This document shows, piece by piece, positions 1 to 11,675 of a stretch of 64,000 bases of DNA; the first letter of the stretch is position 1; each line of letters opens with the position of its first letter. The notes below the pieces were generated by a model. That model worked only from the letters and a program-made list of their open reading frames with translations. It was not told the DNA's origin and did no database searches. The stretch is from contig OZ024751.1 in NCBI GenBank assembly GCA_964016885.1, positions 44,082,001 through 44,146,000 on the forward strand. Reading direction: 5' to 3'. Made by a program: the position numbers and the translations under genes. This DNA comes from Eledone cirrhosa (taxonomy: Eukaryota).

Positions 1-761
1 ATATAGACATATATATACATAGATATACATAGATAGATACATAGATATATAGACATACATAGATAGATACATAGATATATAGACATATATATACATAGAT
101 ATACATAGATAGATACATAGATATATAGACATATATATACATAGATATACATAGATAGATACATAGATATATAGACATATATATACATAGATATACATAG
201 ATAGATACATAGATATATAGACATATATATACATAGATATACATAGATAGATACATAGATATATAGACATATATATACATAGATATACATAGATAGATAC
301 ATAGATAAATAGACATATATATACATAGATAGATACATAGATGTATAGACATATATATACATAGATAGATACATAGATGTATAGACATATATAGATATAT
401 ATAGATATATATAGATACATAGATGTATAGACATATATATATACATAGATAGATACGTAGATGTATAGACATATATATACATAGATAGATACATAGATAT
501 ATAGACATATATATACATAGATAGATACATAGATATATAGACATATATATACATAGATAGATACATAGATATATAGACATATATATACATAGATAGATAC
601 ATAGATGTATAGACATATATAGACATATATAGATATATATAGATACATAGATATATAGATACTTACATCGTAATACATAGATATATAGACATATATAGAT
701 ATATAGATACATAGATATATAGATATATAGACATATATAGATATATAGATACATAGATATG
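1..761. repeat. Compound (GATA/CATA/TA) microsatellite-derived tandem array
   Basis: Repeated atagatagatacatagatatatagac-type units. The array resumes at 1909 after the LINE insertion. Confidence 0.95.
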
Positions 762-1908
762 TTTCTTTTATTTGCCACTAGGGCATCAAAAGTGGGACAA
801 GTACAAAGGGGGGAGTTTACACAAAAAGGCGTCCTCAATAAGGAGGAGGCAATAACAAAATATAAAAATAAAATAAGATATAACAAAAAATAAAATTTAT
901 AACAAAATCCTCAATAGAGAGGAGGCGCCTTGGGGGGTCGCACACACCCCCGAAAAAAGTGTGCAACCCTTTTCCTCAGGAGCACAGAGAGGGGGTGCTC
1001 CCTCGTTCCTTCCTCTTTTCCACCTACAGGCTTATGTAAAGAGAAGGCCCATTCACACGGGCCATTCTCGCCACTTTCACCCACCTTTCATAAAAACGAC
1101 TGGGGTGCAGCACCTCTCTCTCCATCCTGATCCTTCTTCCGAAATGATATCGGAAGAAACGGACCAGTTGTTGGCCAGAGAGAAAGGTGCCTGACCTCAG
1201 TCCTTTCAGACGCGTCCACCATACAACCTCTTTCGCCATGGCTATTACGCACAGAAACACCGCCTCTGCTTCATCTTTGAAGGGGGGAGGCGGCTTGATC
1301 ATTACAATAGACTCGGTGGTCAACCGGATCGGTCCCACCCTTGACAGCAGTTGTTCGACATAGCCCCACAGATCGGCTACGCCCGAGCAGTGTACCAATG
1401 CGTGTGCAACGGTTTCCTCGTCGCACACGCATCTGGGACAGATCTTTTTGGCGGGGTCCCTACCCGGGCGCCCGTGTCTGTAGAGCCTTTCTCGAACGGG
1501 TAAAGCCGCTCGGTAGCACTGCCAGGCCAGGGACTTCTGGAAGTTGTCCATAGGTCCCGGGCTGAATGTCCTACCGAACAGGCTGGCCAGTTCGTCCTCC
1601 TCCATGTCTAGGGCTTCTCCGAGGGCGTCGTCGCACCTGCTGCGTACCAGCCCTCTATAGAATGTTGCGGTGGAGTCTCCACTGATAACCGGATCCGCCT
1701 GCCAGTGGGCGGTGAGCGCCTGGGCACACTCAGTGTGTCAGGCGCCCAGTTTTCTCGGTCTTTGCTTGACCCAGGATTGCAGCTCGGTGAGTAAGACGAG
1801 TCTGGGAAAGGTTCGTCTCACAAACGAGGCCCACACCGGTTGTCCGGTGAGGAATACGTAGAGGTGCCGTAGCCTTAATGCGTGTTTACGCATCATTAGC
1901 CACGGCAT
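762..1908 (-). mobile_element. 5'-truncated Tx1-like LINE, diverged subfamily
   Basis: Encodes the ORF2 C-terminus (ORF 1024-1605: CPRC...HALVHC, ending GPSLYISL), closely similar to ORF2 at 7765-11202. The 3' UTR ends AATAAAAGAAA and runs into TATCT repeats. Confidence 0.95.
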
Positions 1909-2058
1909 ATAGATACATAGATATATAGATATATAGACATATATAGATATATATAGATATATAGAAACTTACATAGTAATACATAGATATATAGATATAT
2001 AGACATATATACATAGATATATATACATAACATAGCAATACATAGATATATAGATATA

Positions 2059-2270
2059 GGAAAAGAGTCAGGAACAGGACCCCGGCGGCTGAGCTCCGGC
2101 CGTTTCGACAGCTATTTTTGAACTCAGAAATGCGTTCAGTAATTGCTGTCGAAACGGCTGCAGCTCAGCCGTCGGGGTCCTACTCGTTCCTATTACCCAC
2201 TCTACTACCCTAAGTATCGAGTACTCTGGTGCGTTATGGTCCACCTGGTTCCTTACCACACTTCCTTCAT
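2059..2270 (+). mobile_element. Family A fold-back element (PLE pLTR-like, truncated hammerhead)
   Basis: Inverted short arm plus long arm containing GAAAC-GGCT..CAGCC-GTC-GGGG and an ~80 nt tail. Eight copies in the window. Confidence 0.8.
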
Positions 2271-2575
2271 TATATAGATATATAGATATTTACATAGACA
2301 TACATACATAGTAATATATATATATATATATATATATACATTTAGAAACACACAGATACATGCGGACACACACATATATACATGAATGCATCCGCACCCA
2401 ACTGTGAGTTAAGGGTGCCAACTTCACCGATGTTGCTCAATGAATGACTGGGACAGACCAATTCAGTTTGAACCAGACTGAACCAGTATCAGAGTTAAAA
2501 ATACATTATGAAGAGAGAAGAAACATTTAGATATAATTAGTAATAAAATGTATCATACCTAAACTGTTCCTAAAT

Positions 2576-2663
2576 TCCTCGACTACGTAGTTTCGTGGCA
2601 TAAACAAAAACAATATATCAAAGATATAGAGTCCTTGCGAGGTCTGCCGACTTATCAAGAGGA
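2576..2663 (-). ncRNA. Type I hammerhead ribozyme (U3-A8 variant)
   Basis: Minus strand: TCCTC-TTGATAA-GTCGGCA..TGCCAC-GAAAC-TACGTA-GTC^GAGGA. Confidence 0.8.
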
Positions 2664-3166
2664 TACCTCATTTTACTAGTCTCAAGAACGCGTCTACACG
2701 ACGTGAGAAAGAATCCCAACAGGCGGAGGGGGAGATAGTCACGCGATATAACGGTCGAGAAACAGAGCTAAGCCTCCTATAACCACGAAAAAAATACCAC
2801 GGAGGCGGAGGGGGTATTCATATCGAGGCCGTAGAAGAGGTAGTGAAGAAGGCGAGAAGTATGAGTAATGGAAGCTTTCCAGTTATCCCCACACTTCAAA
2901 GATTGCTCGACCAGAGGGAGTTATTAATACATTTAGAAACACACAGATACATGCGGACACACACATATATACATGAATGCATCCGCACCCAACTGTGAGT
3001 TAAGGGTGCCAACTTCACCGATGTTGCTCAATGAATGACTGGGACAGACCAATTCAGTTTGAACCAGACTGAACCAGTATCAGAGTTAAAAATACATTAT
3101 GAAGAGAGAAGAAACATTTAGATATAATTAGTAATAAAATGTATCATACCTAAACTGTTCCTAAAT

Positions 3167-3254
3167 TCCTCGACTACGTAGTTTCGTGGCATAAACAAAA
3201 ACAATATATCAAAGATATAGAGTCCTTGCGAGGTCTGCCGACTTATCAAGAGGA
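3167..3254 (-). ncRNA. Type I hammerhead ribozyme (second tandem copy)
   Basis: Same motif, 591 bp from the first. Confidence 0.8.
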
Positions 3255-3521
3255 TACCTCATTTTACTAGTCTCAAGAACGCGTCTACACGACGTGAGAA
3301 AGAATCCCAAAAGGCGGAGGGGGAGATAGTCACGCGATATAACGGTCGAGAAACAGAGCTAAGCCTCCTATAACCACGAAAAAATGTATTAATAACTCCC
3401 TCTGGTCGAGCAATCTTTGAAGTGTGGGGATAACTGGAAAGCTTCCATTACTCATACTTCTCAGTGGTGTTATCGTTTCCTCCTGTTGTATTATATGTCT
3501 ACGCCATTTTTTTTTGTTCAG

Positions 3522-3554
<33 letters not shown>

Positions 3555-4600
3555 TAGATATATAGATATAGTTACATAGTAACATTCAGATATATATATA
3601 TATATAAATACTTACGTAATTACATACATAACATACATAGACATACATTACATAGTAATACATAACATAGTAATACATAGATACTTAGATACTTACGTAA
3701 TTACATACAAAGACATACATACATGACATACAAACATACTTACATAGACATACACAGACAGACATACATACATACATAGACATACATGACATAAATACAT
3801 ACTTACATAGACATACATACTTACGTACGTACCTAGAAATATATACATAACATACATACATACATAGACATACATGCATAGACATACACATATACAACAT
3901 ACATACATACTTACTTAGACATACGTACATAACATACTTACATAGGCATACATATATACATACTTACATAGACAAACGTACACCCATACATACATAGACA
4001 TACATACACCCTTCCCGCCGAAACCCAGATATATTTCCTGCAACAGGAAGTACTAGAGTGGGCCATGATATGTAAAACATCATTTGAAGTACTTCACCGC
4101 CAGGTGGCGTTATCAATTTAGACACGAGCTGGGTCAGAACTAGACGAAACCTATCAAAGTTATCGAAGTTATATCTGTGTACATATTTATGTTAATTTAT
4201 TAAGGATAAATACTTGTTACTCTGGGGTTACACGTGGGGACTCACAGGGTCATCAGATGATCGCAAAACTGACTTTGATGGGTTTTGAATTCAGCGAGAA
4301 CGGAATAAAAACGTAAACCTCGAAACATTCTATCCGACGTTTTAACAACTTTGCCAATTCGTTGTCTGAAATATGCTTTAGAAATCAGGAAAAATGGCGT
4401 CTGTCTTGAACTCATACTACAGCGGTATATAGATTTGAACTCATACTACAGCGGTATATAGATAGAACTCGCGATCAACCTCAGCGCTCCACTACCCTAC
4501 AATGTTGAAATAATAAAACAGTTGACAGATTCTCTTGCTCAAGGCTAAATTAGATAAGATAATAATTGAAAATTAACCTCCTCAGAAAAATAAACTGCCT

Positions 4601-4689
<89 letters not shown>

Positions 4690-4695
4690 TGTATT

Positions 4696-4789
<94 letters not shown>

Positions 4790-5814
4790 GGTATAAATGC
4801 GTATGTGTGTATATACAAATATGTATCCGTCTCTGCTTCTGTCTCTGTCTCTCTGGTTGTCTGTCCTTCTCTTTTACCTTTCTTTCTTTCTTTCTTTCTT
4901 TCTTTCGTTCTCTCTATTTCTCTCCAACTTTCAGTTAAGAAATCATAAAACAAACCAGCCATCCAGAAACCTGAGAGTCAATGTTGAGGGATCATCTTAA
5001 AGGGAATTAGGAATAAACCCTTTCTCCCCGTAAAATAAATAAATAAAAAAAATAAATAGATAAATAAATAAATAAAGAAATAGATGTGGGGTTAATGAAC
5101 TAATTAAAATATAAAGGCTGCAATAAAACAACAATACCAACAACAACAATAAAAAAATAATGATAATTTCTGAATTTGTGTAAAGGTCACAACATTTATA
5201 GAGCTGTGGGCATTGGGAAATTGAATCCTGTAGTTGGCCAGGAGATATGGCAACGACCTTGACAAAATGAAAGACAGAGAAGACTTCAACGTGAATCCAA
5301 TACTTGACCCTGAAATATGTTAACGACTCCGAAGATACGAAAGATAAAGATGATTTCAACGTGGATCCAGTACTTGACTCTGAGATACGTTGATGTCTTG
5401 ACCCCCGAAGATACAAAATACAAAATTGACTTTCGACGTAATTTGAACTCAGAACCTACAAAATTACAAGTAGCTAGATACCACGAGGCATTATGTCGTT
5501 TTGTCCTATACATATTTTAAAAAATATGATCCTATACACACACGTATATACACACATATGTAATGTACCTATCTATCTATCTATCTATCTATCTATCAGT
5601 CGTGTGTCACTTCGCGGAGAAGTTTCCGTTAATTTATGTAAGGAAAAAACGTGAGTTTTTAGTTCAATTTTATATCATTGTGTAACTTGACCACCCGTCT
5701 GGACCTTCAGGTGGTGGGTCAACTCATTTTCGCCCCTTCAGGGGCGGAATATCCATTTAAAAAATTTTTCTCCATCGAATCTTGGAAAAAATATTGTAAA
5801 ATTTTGATTACGTT

Positions 5815-7731
5815 ATGAACGCTGCGTCCAACGATAATGGTGGTGGAGAGGCGGTAAGACTACAAAGCTCGCAGTCAACAACGTCTTCTTCACTAGATAC
5901 TATAGAGATGGAAAGACAAAATGAAAATAAAAAAACGAATTCACATCCAAACAACACAAATGACACCAAACAGCTCAATGACAACAAAAATAACAGCAAA
6001 ACCAATAATGATGATAAAAGCAACAATGATAACAACAACAAAGAAAAAAATAAAGACAACGCCAATAACACCAGCATCAAAGACAACAACAACACCAAGG
6101 AAAATACGGATGATACCAACATCGGTGACAACAAGAATAACAACAAGAATAACAACAATAATGACAACACCACCAATACGGATTCCACAAAGAAACCAAA
6201 AATCTCCTTTGCGGAGAAAGTTCAAAAGAAAGAACAATTGATATATCTCGACATAACAAATGCTGAACACCTTTTAAAGGACGCTAAGAGATATGTCACC
6301 TTCGAAAAAAATGGTGCTTTCAGCATCAATTCTCCGGTAGAAATTCGCAAGGAAACTGCTCTCAAAACGATAGTTTTTAGGACAGTTTCCAATTCTACCC
6401 GAAAACCAGTCCAATTGTCACAGAAAGATATTGAACTGGTTTTCAAAGATTCAATGAATGATATTGCATTCATTCAAAGAAGCAAACTTTTTGGGAGTAT
6501 TTCGGTACTGATGAAGGATCAATTGACGGCCCAAAATTACTCTGTGTCGCCAATTGTATCCAACCTGTACACCTTTTTCCCTACATACATGGGAAAAAGG
6601 ACACAAAAGATCAGAATCACAAGTGTCACACCAAAGGTGAACATATGGTGGATACTGTGCGGCTTCATCAATTTTGATGAAGACAGAATACTGTCAGTAG
6701 GCAAGTCCCCCAGAGATGTATTCAATGGGACTAGCATTGAAGTTCTGGTGCAAATGAGCCCAGAGCGAATAGCTATGATCCCACAGCGTGTACTCCTGGA
6801 CGGACTTACCTACATAAACCTTTCGGTTGAGGGTAGGCGGCCTTCATGTTACCATTGCTTTAGCAGGGGTCACCTGAGGGCTTCCTGTCCTAAACTAATG
6901 AACCAAAAAAAGGCTCTTCTGCCAACACCCATCAAAACAACACAACCACCAACACCACCACTACAACAACAACACCAACACACAAAAATAACCACAACAA
7001 ACACAGTCCCACCCAACCTCACTCCACCTAAAACCACTGCAAAATCACATACAGACACAACAGCTCCCCAAGACATACCCCTCCCCAATCACACAGACGA
7101 TACAACAGATGAGGCTATCTCGCCATCACCCAGTGAAGACGAGGGAGAACCCCATCGCTCGAAAAGAAAGAAAAGACATCACAAAAGCAAAAAGCCAGCA
7201 AACACTACCACAAACATACAACCACCAACACAAACAACAAAAATATCACAAACAAAACCCCCACCTCCTGAAAACAAAATACCTACAACAAAACGAAAGC
7301 ACACACAAGAACTACAGACAAAAACAAACACAACACAAGAAAATTACACTTACACTTACATAAACACTGAAAACAAAACACTAATGGAGACCATTACGAA
7401 CGACCCTTCGGTTTTCACCGAAGGGAAAACTTTCGCCCACTCTATAAAAAATAGCAAAAAAATGAACCTAAAACTGATTAGGGTCCCTATACAAACTTAT
7501 AGGTCCCTAAAAGAAACATTTGAGAAGGATGTGGGGAATTCCTGCGTGAAACCACTCAACCGCGTCCTTCTCAAATGCCTCCCCACCCCAGACACCCCCA
7601 TTCCACCAGACCCCACCCCACCAAACATCTGCGTCCCCACCCCGCCGGAAACCACCACCCATCCAGACAACCCCTCCAACACCCCCATGGAAATCGTGCG
7701 GCCTGGTCCCCAGGAGGCGAAGGGTGAGTGA
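5815..7731 (+). CDS. LINE ORF1p, 638 aa, with zinc knuckle
   Basis: CYHCFSRGHLRASC (CX2CX4HX4C). N/D/K/T-rich N-terminus and P/T-rich C-terminus. Lies directly upstream of ORF2. Confidence 0.9.
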   Translation: MNAASNDNGGGEAVRLQSSQSTTSSSLDTIEMERQNENKKTNSHPNNTNDTKQLNDNKNNSKTNNDDKSNNDNNNKEKNKDNANNTSIKDNNNTKENTDDTNIGDNKNNNKNNNNNDNTTNTDSTKKPKISFAEKVQKKEQLIYLDITNAEHLLKDAKRYVTFEKNGAFSINSPVEIRKETALKTIVFRTVSNSTRKPVQLSQKDIELVFKDSMNDIAFIQRSKLFGSISVLMKDQLTAQNYSVSPIVSNLYTFFPTYMGKRTQKIRITSVTPKVNIWWILCGFINFDEDRILSVGKSPRDVFNGTSIEVLVQMSPERIAMIPQRVLLDGLTYINLSVEGRRPSCYHCFSRGHLRASCPKLMNQKKALLPTPIKTTQPPTPPLQQQHQHTKITTTNTVPPNLTPPKTTAKSHTDTTAPQDIPLPNHTDDTTDEAISPSPSEDEGEPHRSKRKKRHHKSKKPANTTTNIQPPTQTTKISQTKPPPPENKIPTTKRKHTQELQTKTNTTQENYTYTYINTENKTLMETITNDPSVFTEGKTFAHSIKNSKKMNLKLIRVPIQTYRSLKETFEKDVGNSCVKPLNRVLLKCLPTPDTPIPPDPTPPNICVPTPPETTTHPDNPSNTPMEIVRPGPQEAKGE

Positions 7732-7764
7732 TCTCTTTTCCTCTTTTAACTTTTCAGCACCAAC

Positions 7765-10700
7765 ATGGCCAATATAAGAGTTGGATGTGTGAACGTACGC
7801 GGCCTGGGGATGCCCTGGAAACAGGGCAAACTCTTAAACGACCTCAGGTCGCACAGTTTGGATGTGGTAGCCATTTGCGAGTCCAGGATCCACGGCGAGC
7901 GACAGCTGGCCCCCATCTTCGATGACTTTGAGATCTACGCATCTCTCTGTCAACCGGGGGGTGGGGGCGGAGTTGCCGTTTTGCTGCGGAAACACCTGGG
8001 CCTCGTAACACAGACGGTACATCTGGACCCGGGGGGTCGACTGGTGGTCCTAGACGTTGACGGTAGTGAAGGTGGAGCGTTCAGGCTGGTGGCCGCATAT
8101 GCCCCATCCGGGACACCGCGGCCAGACTTCTTCAAACGTCTAGAGACTTTTCTGGGAACGTCCCGCTCCTTGCTTTTAGTGGGGGACTGGAATGGAATCC
8201 TAGATGCACGTTGGGACTATGTGGGAGCATGTCCCGATAAAGGGGGGTGTAACAGCCTCAAACAGTTAATCGACCGATTTGACCTGGCCGATAGATATCG
8301 ACTAGATTTTCCGACTGCGCCACTGTGGACGTGGAGTAATCGTAGCGGAACATCTAGATCGTACCTAGATAGGGTTCTAGTTAGAAATAAGGATAGGGAC
8401 ATGTTAAGCTGTCCACAAATGTTCATGGTTGCCTATTCAGATCACAAACTAGTGACCTGCATGGCCAACCTTGATAGAACCCATAGACAAGGACCCGGCT
8501 ACTGGAAGCTGAACTTGTCGTTACCGACAAGCAAAGCCTACAGTAGACGGATTAGCACTTTAGTTAAACAGCACTTGACAGGGGCCATTGTCAACAACAG
8601 ATGGTGGTACTCTCTCAAGAGGGCAGTTAGATTAGACTCGATAGTTTTTAGTAAAGAATTAGCGTTAGATAGAAATAGAACCGAGAAGGAACTGGTAGAT
8701 AAAGTAGAAGAGGCTATTAGAAGTGGCAACGTAGCCAGCGTGCTAGCAACGAGAACGGCCTTGGACCAGTTCTTCGACGCAAAGCACGAGGGCTGCGTTG
8801 TCAGAAGCAAAATACGTGCTCTGGGAAACGAGGGAGCCAAAGCTGTTAGCTGGGCCCGAGTGACGGAGGCAAAAAGTGGCAACAAGTCCACGATTCGGTC
8901 TTTGAAGGACCAAAACGGACGCGTGATACGTGAGCCGAAGCAGATGTGTGCGGCTTTTCAGCGGCACTTTGCTCGGCTGTTCGGGGGGAGCGGCGCGCCG
9001 GGAGAGGCTATGGATTTCGGTCCATACCTCGACGGCCTACCGCGACTCTCGGACAGCGAGGCGAAGTTCTGCGAAAAGCCGATTTCAGCCACTGAGATAG
9101 GGGACGCGCTGAGCCAATGCGGCAAACGCAAATCTCCAGGTCTCGACGGTCTACCCTACGAATTTTACGTAGCAATGCCGGACTTATTCTCCGGTCTCCT
9201 GGAAGCGGTCTACTGCAACTGGCAACAGAACGGGAGAATTCCCAGTTCTGTAACCGGGGGCGTGGTCACACTAATCAGGAAGGACGAGAATAAGGGGGAT
9301 GACATAGGCAACTTCCGGCCCATAACTCTGCTAAACACAGAGTTACAGATTTTGGCCAAGGTGTTGGCAAAGAGGCTGGCGCTTGTCGTCGAGAACCTGG
9401 TGGGAGAAGCGCAGACATGCGCGATCCCGACCAGGTCCATACACGACAACCTCCACCTCATGCGATACATCATAGAGAGGGTAGGGTGTAAACCCGGCTT
9501 CGGTGGGGCCCTGATCAACTTGGATCAGTCTAAGGCTTTCGATAGGGTTGACCATCGTTACCTGGATGCGGTGCTCGAGGCGGCAGGCTTCGGACCCGTG
9601 TTCAGGGGCTGGATTGCTGCAATGCACAACAGCAACATCTGCTCAAGGGTCAAGGTGAACGGTTACCTCTCGGAGCCGTTCCATATTACGCGATCCATTC
9701 GACAGGGATGCCCTCTCTCCTCCCTTCTGTACGTACTGACTCTCGAGCCACTACTGCGGAAGCTGGAGCTATTGCAGGGCATCCCTCTGGAACCGGGACT
9801 GCGGAAAGCGGCGTCGGCCTACGCCGACGACGTGACAGTAATGGTGTCGAGCGCCTCGCAAATCGAGGAAGTCGGCACCTTACTAAAGGAATACGAAAGT
9901 CTCACAGGAGCGAAGCTGAACCGGGACAAGTCCATCGGTTTGCAACTCGGATCGTGGAGAGGCAGACCGATGCCTTCCGATGGCGTCGTCGGACGCTGGA
10001 CGGAAGGACCGGTAAAGCTGCTCGGGGTCTGGTTTGGTCCGGACCTCCAGGTGGAGAAGAACTGGAACGAAGTGACGGCCAAGGTGTTTGCACTCACCCA
10101 GAAGTGGGCCGAGTGCAAACTATCCTTGAAAGGTCGAGCGGAGGTGGCGAACACTTTTATAGCGTCCGCCATCTACTACCGCTTGACCGTCGTGCCTTGT
10201 CCAGCCAAAACGCTCGCCAAAATGGAGCGCGCCCTCTTCCGATTCCTTTGGAAGAGGCGGGCTCCTTTGGTAAGAAGATCCATCTGCTGCCAACACCCTT
10301 CTAACGGAGGGCTGGGGATGCCGTGGTTGACGATGCGCAAACACGCGCTCAGGCTGCGGCATCTCTACGTATTCCTCACCGGACAACCGGTGTGGGCCCC
10401 GTTCGTGAGGCGAGCCTTCCCACGACTCGTCTCGCTGACCGAGCTGCAGTCCTGGGTCAAGCAGAGACCGAGGAAAATGGGCGACTGGCACATCGAATGT
10501 GCTCAGGCGCTCACAGCCCTCTGGCAGGCGGACCCGGCGGTCAGTGGAGACTCCACTTCGTCATTCTATAGAGGGTTGGTCCGCAGCAAGTGCGACGACG
10601 CGCTCGGTGAAACTCTAGGCGTGGAGGAAGATGAACTGGCCAGTCTGTTCGGTAGGACCTTCCGCCCGGGACCGATGGACAACTTCCAAAAGTCCCTGGC

Positions 10701-11202
10701 CTGGCAGTGCTACCGAGGAGCTCTACCAGTTCGAGACAAGCTCTACAGACATGGGCGCCCGGGCAGGGACCCTGCAAAAAAGATCTGTCCGAGGTGCGTG
10801 CGAGACGAAGAAACCGTCGCGCACGCATTCATACACTGCCCGGGCGTCACTGACCTGTGGGGCTATGTAGAACGACTATTGTCGCGGGTGGGACCAATCC
10901 AGTTGACCACCGAGTCCATTGTCATGATCAAACCGCCACCCTCCTTCAAAAACGAAGGAGAGGCGGTTTTCCTTTGTGTGATAGCTATGGCGAAAGAGGT
11001 TGTATGGTGGACAAGGTTGAAAGGGCTGAGGTCAGACACCTTTCTCTCCGGCCAACAACTGATTCTTTTTTTCAAATACCACTTTGGAAGAAGAATCAGG
11101 GTGGAGAGAGAGGTGCTGTACCCCAGCAAGTTTTATGAAAGGTGGGTGAAAGTGGCGAGAATGGCCCGAGTGAATGGGCCTTCTCTCTATATCAGCCTGT
11201 AG
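7765..11202 (+). CDS. LINE ORF2p, 1145 aa: APE endonuclease + reverse transcriptase + CCHC finger
   Basis: APE motifs NVRGL, GDWN, YLDRV, YSDH. RT motifs KSPGLDG, FRPITLLN, DQSKAFDRVDH, RQGCPLS, YADD. Finger CPRC..ETVAHAFIHC. WKLN and DQSKAFD are typical of L1/Tx1. Confidence 0.97.
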   Translation: MANIRVGCVNVRGLGMPWKQGKLLNDLRSHSLDVVAICESRIHGERQLAPIFDDFEIYASLCQPGGGGGVAVLLRKHLGLVTQTVHLDPGGRLVVLDVDGSEGGAFRLVAAYAPSGTPRPDFFKRLETFLGTSRSLLLVGDWNGILDARWDYVGACPDKGGCNSLKQLIDRFDLADRYRLDFPTAPLWTWSNRSGTSRSYLDRVLVRNKDRDMLSCPQMFMVAYSDHKLVTCMANLDRTHRQGPGYWKLNLSLPTSKAYSRRISTLVKQHLTGAIVNNRWWYSLKRAVRLDSIVFSKELALDRNRTEKELVDKVEEAIRSGNVASVLATRTALDQFFDAKHEGCVVRSKIRALGNEGAKAVSWARVTEAKSGNKSTIRSLKDQNGRVIREPKQMCAAFQRHFARLFGGSGAPGEAMDFGPYLDGLPRLSDSEAKFCEKPISATEIGDALSQCGKRKSPGLDGLPYEFYVAMPDLFSGLLEAVYCNWQQNGRIPSSVTGGVVTLIRKDENKGDDIGNFRPITLLNTELQILAKVLAKRLALVVENLVGEAQTCAIPTRSIHDNLHLMRYIIERVGCKPGFGGALINLDQSKAFDRVDHRYLDAVLEAAGFGPVFRGWIAAMHNSNICSRVKVNGYLSEPFHITRSIRQGCPLSSLLYVLTLEPLLRKLELLQGIPLEPGLRKAASAYADDVTVMVSSASQIEEVGTLLKEYESLTGAKLNRDKSIGLQLGSWRGRPMPSDGVVGRWTEGPVKLLGVWFGPDLQVEKNWNEVTAKVFALTQKWAECKLSLKGRAEVANTFIASAIYYRLTVVPCPAKTLAKMERALFRFLWKRRAPLVRRSICCQHPSNGGLGMPWLTMRKHALRLRHLYVFLTGQPVWAPFVRRAFPRLVSLTELQSWVKQRPRKMGDWHIECAQALTALWQADPAVSGDSTSSFYRGLVRSKCDDALGETLGVEEDELASLFGRTFRPGPMDNFQKSLAWQCYRGALPVRDKLYRHGRPGRDPAKKICPRCVRDEETVAHAFIHCPGVTDLWGYVERLLSRVGPIQLTTESIVMIKPPPSFKNEGEAVFLCVIAMAKEVVWWTRLKGLRSDTFLSGQQLILFFKYHFGRRIRVEREVLYPSKFYERWVKVARMARVNGPSLYISL

Positions 11203-11675
11203 GTTGAGGAAAAGGAGGAGGAGAGGAAAGGAGTACAAGCTCTTCGTACTCCTGGAGATGAGGGTTGCACATTTTTTTTCGGGGGTCTGTGTTACCCATA
11301 TAAACTGTCTCCCTCTATTGGGGAAAATCGACTAACTTTTAAATTCCATCTGTGATAACATTTTACACGTTTTTATTGTATGTAAACTTCCCCCTTTGTA
11401 TTTGTCCCCTTCTTTTGTGCCCCTGTGGCTAATAAAGAAATCTATCTATCTATCTATCAGTCGTGTGTCACTTCGCGGAGAAGTTTCCGTTAATTTATGT
11501 AAGGAAAAAACGTGAGTTTTTAGTTCAATTTTATATCATTGTGTAACTTGACCACCCGTCTGGACCTTCAGGTGGTGGGTCAACTCATTTTCGCCCCTTC
11601 AGGGGCGGAATATCCATTTAAAAAATTTTTCTCCATCGAATCTTGGAAAAAATATTGTAAAATTTTGATTACGTT

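Larger units (their letters stand above)
2337..3462 (-). mobile_element. Family C retrozyme/pLTR-like insertion: about 1.8 tandem copies of a 591-bp unit plus an inverted ~79-bp segment
   Basis: Period 591 (2340 vs 2931; 2581 vs 3172). Segment 3384-3462 is the reverse complement of ~2853-2932. One hammerhead per unit. Confidence 0.85.
5598..11440 (+). mobile_element. Full-length Tx1-clade non-LTR retrotransposon, copy 1
   Basis: 5' UTR + ORF1 + ORF2 + 3' UTR ending AATAAAGAAA. Flanked on both sides by (TCTA)n. Confidence 0.95.

Noticed and set aside
7724-7757. GTGAGT...TTTCAG mini-intron fusing ORF1 to ORF2
   Set aside because: It is 34 nt: very short and not a multiple of 3, so it would shift out of the ORF2 frame.
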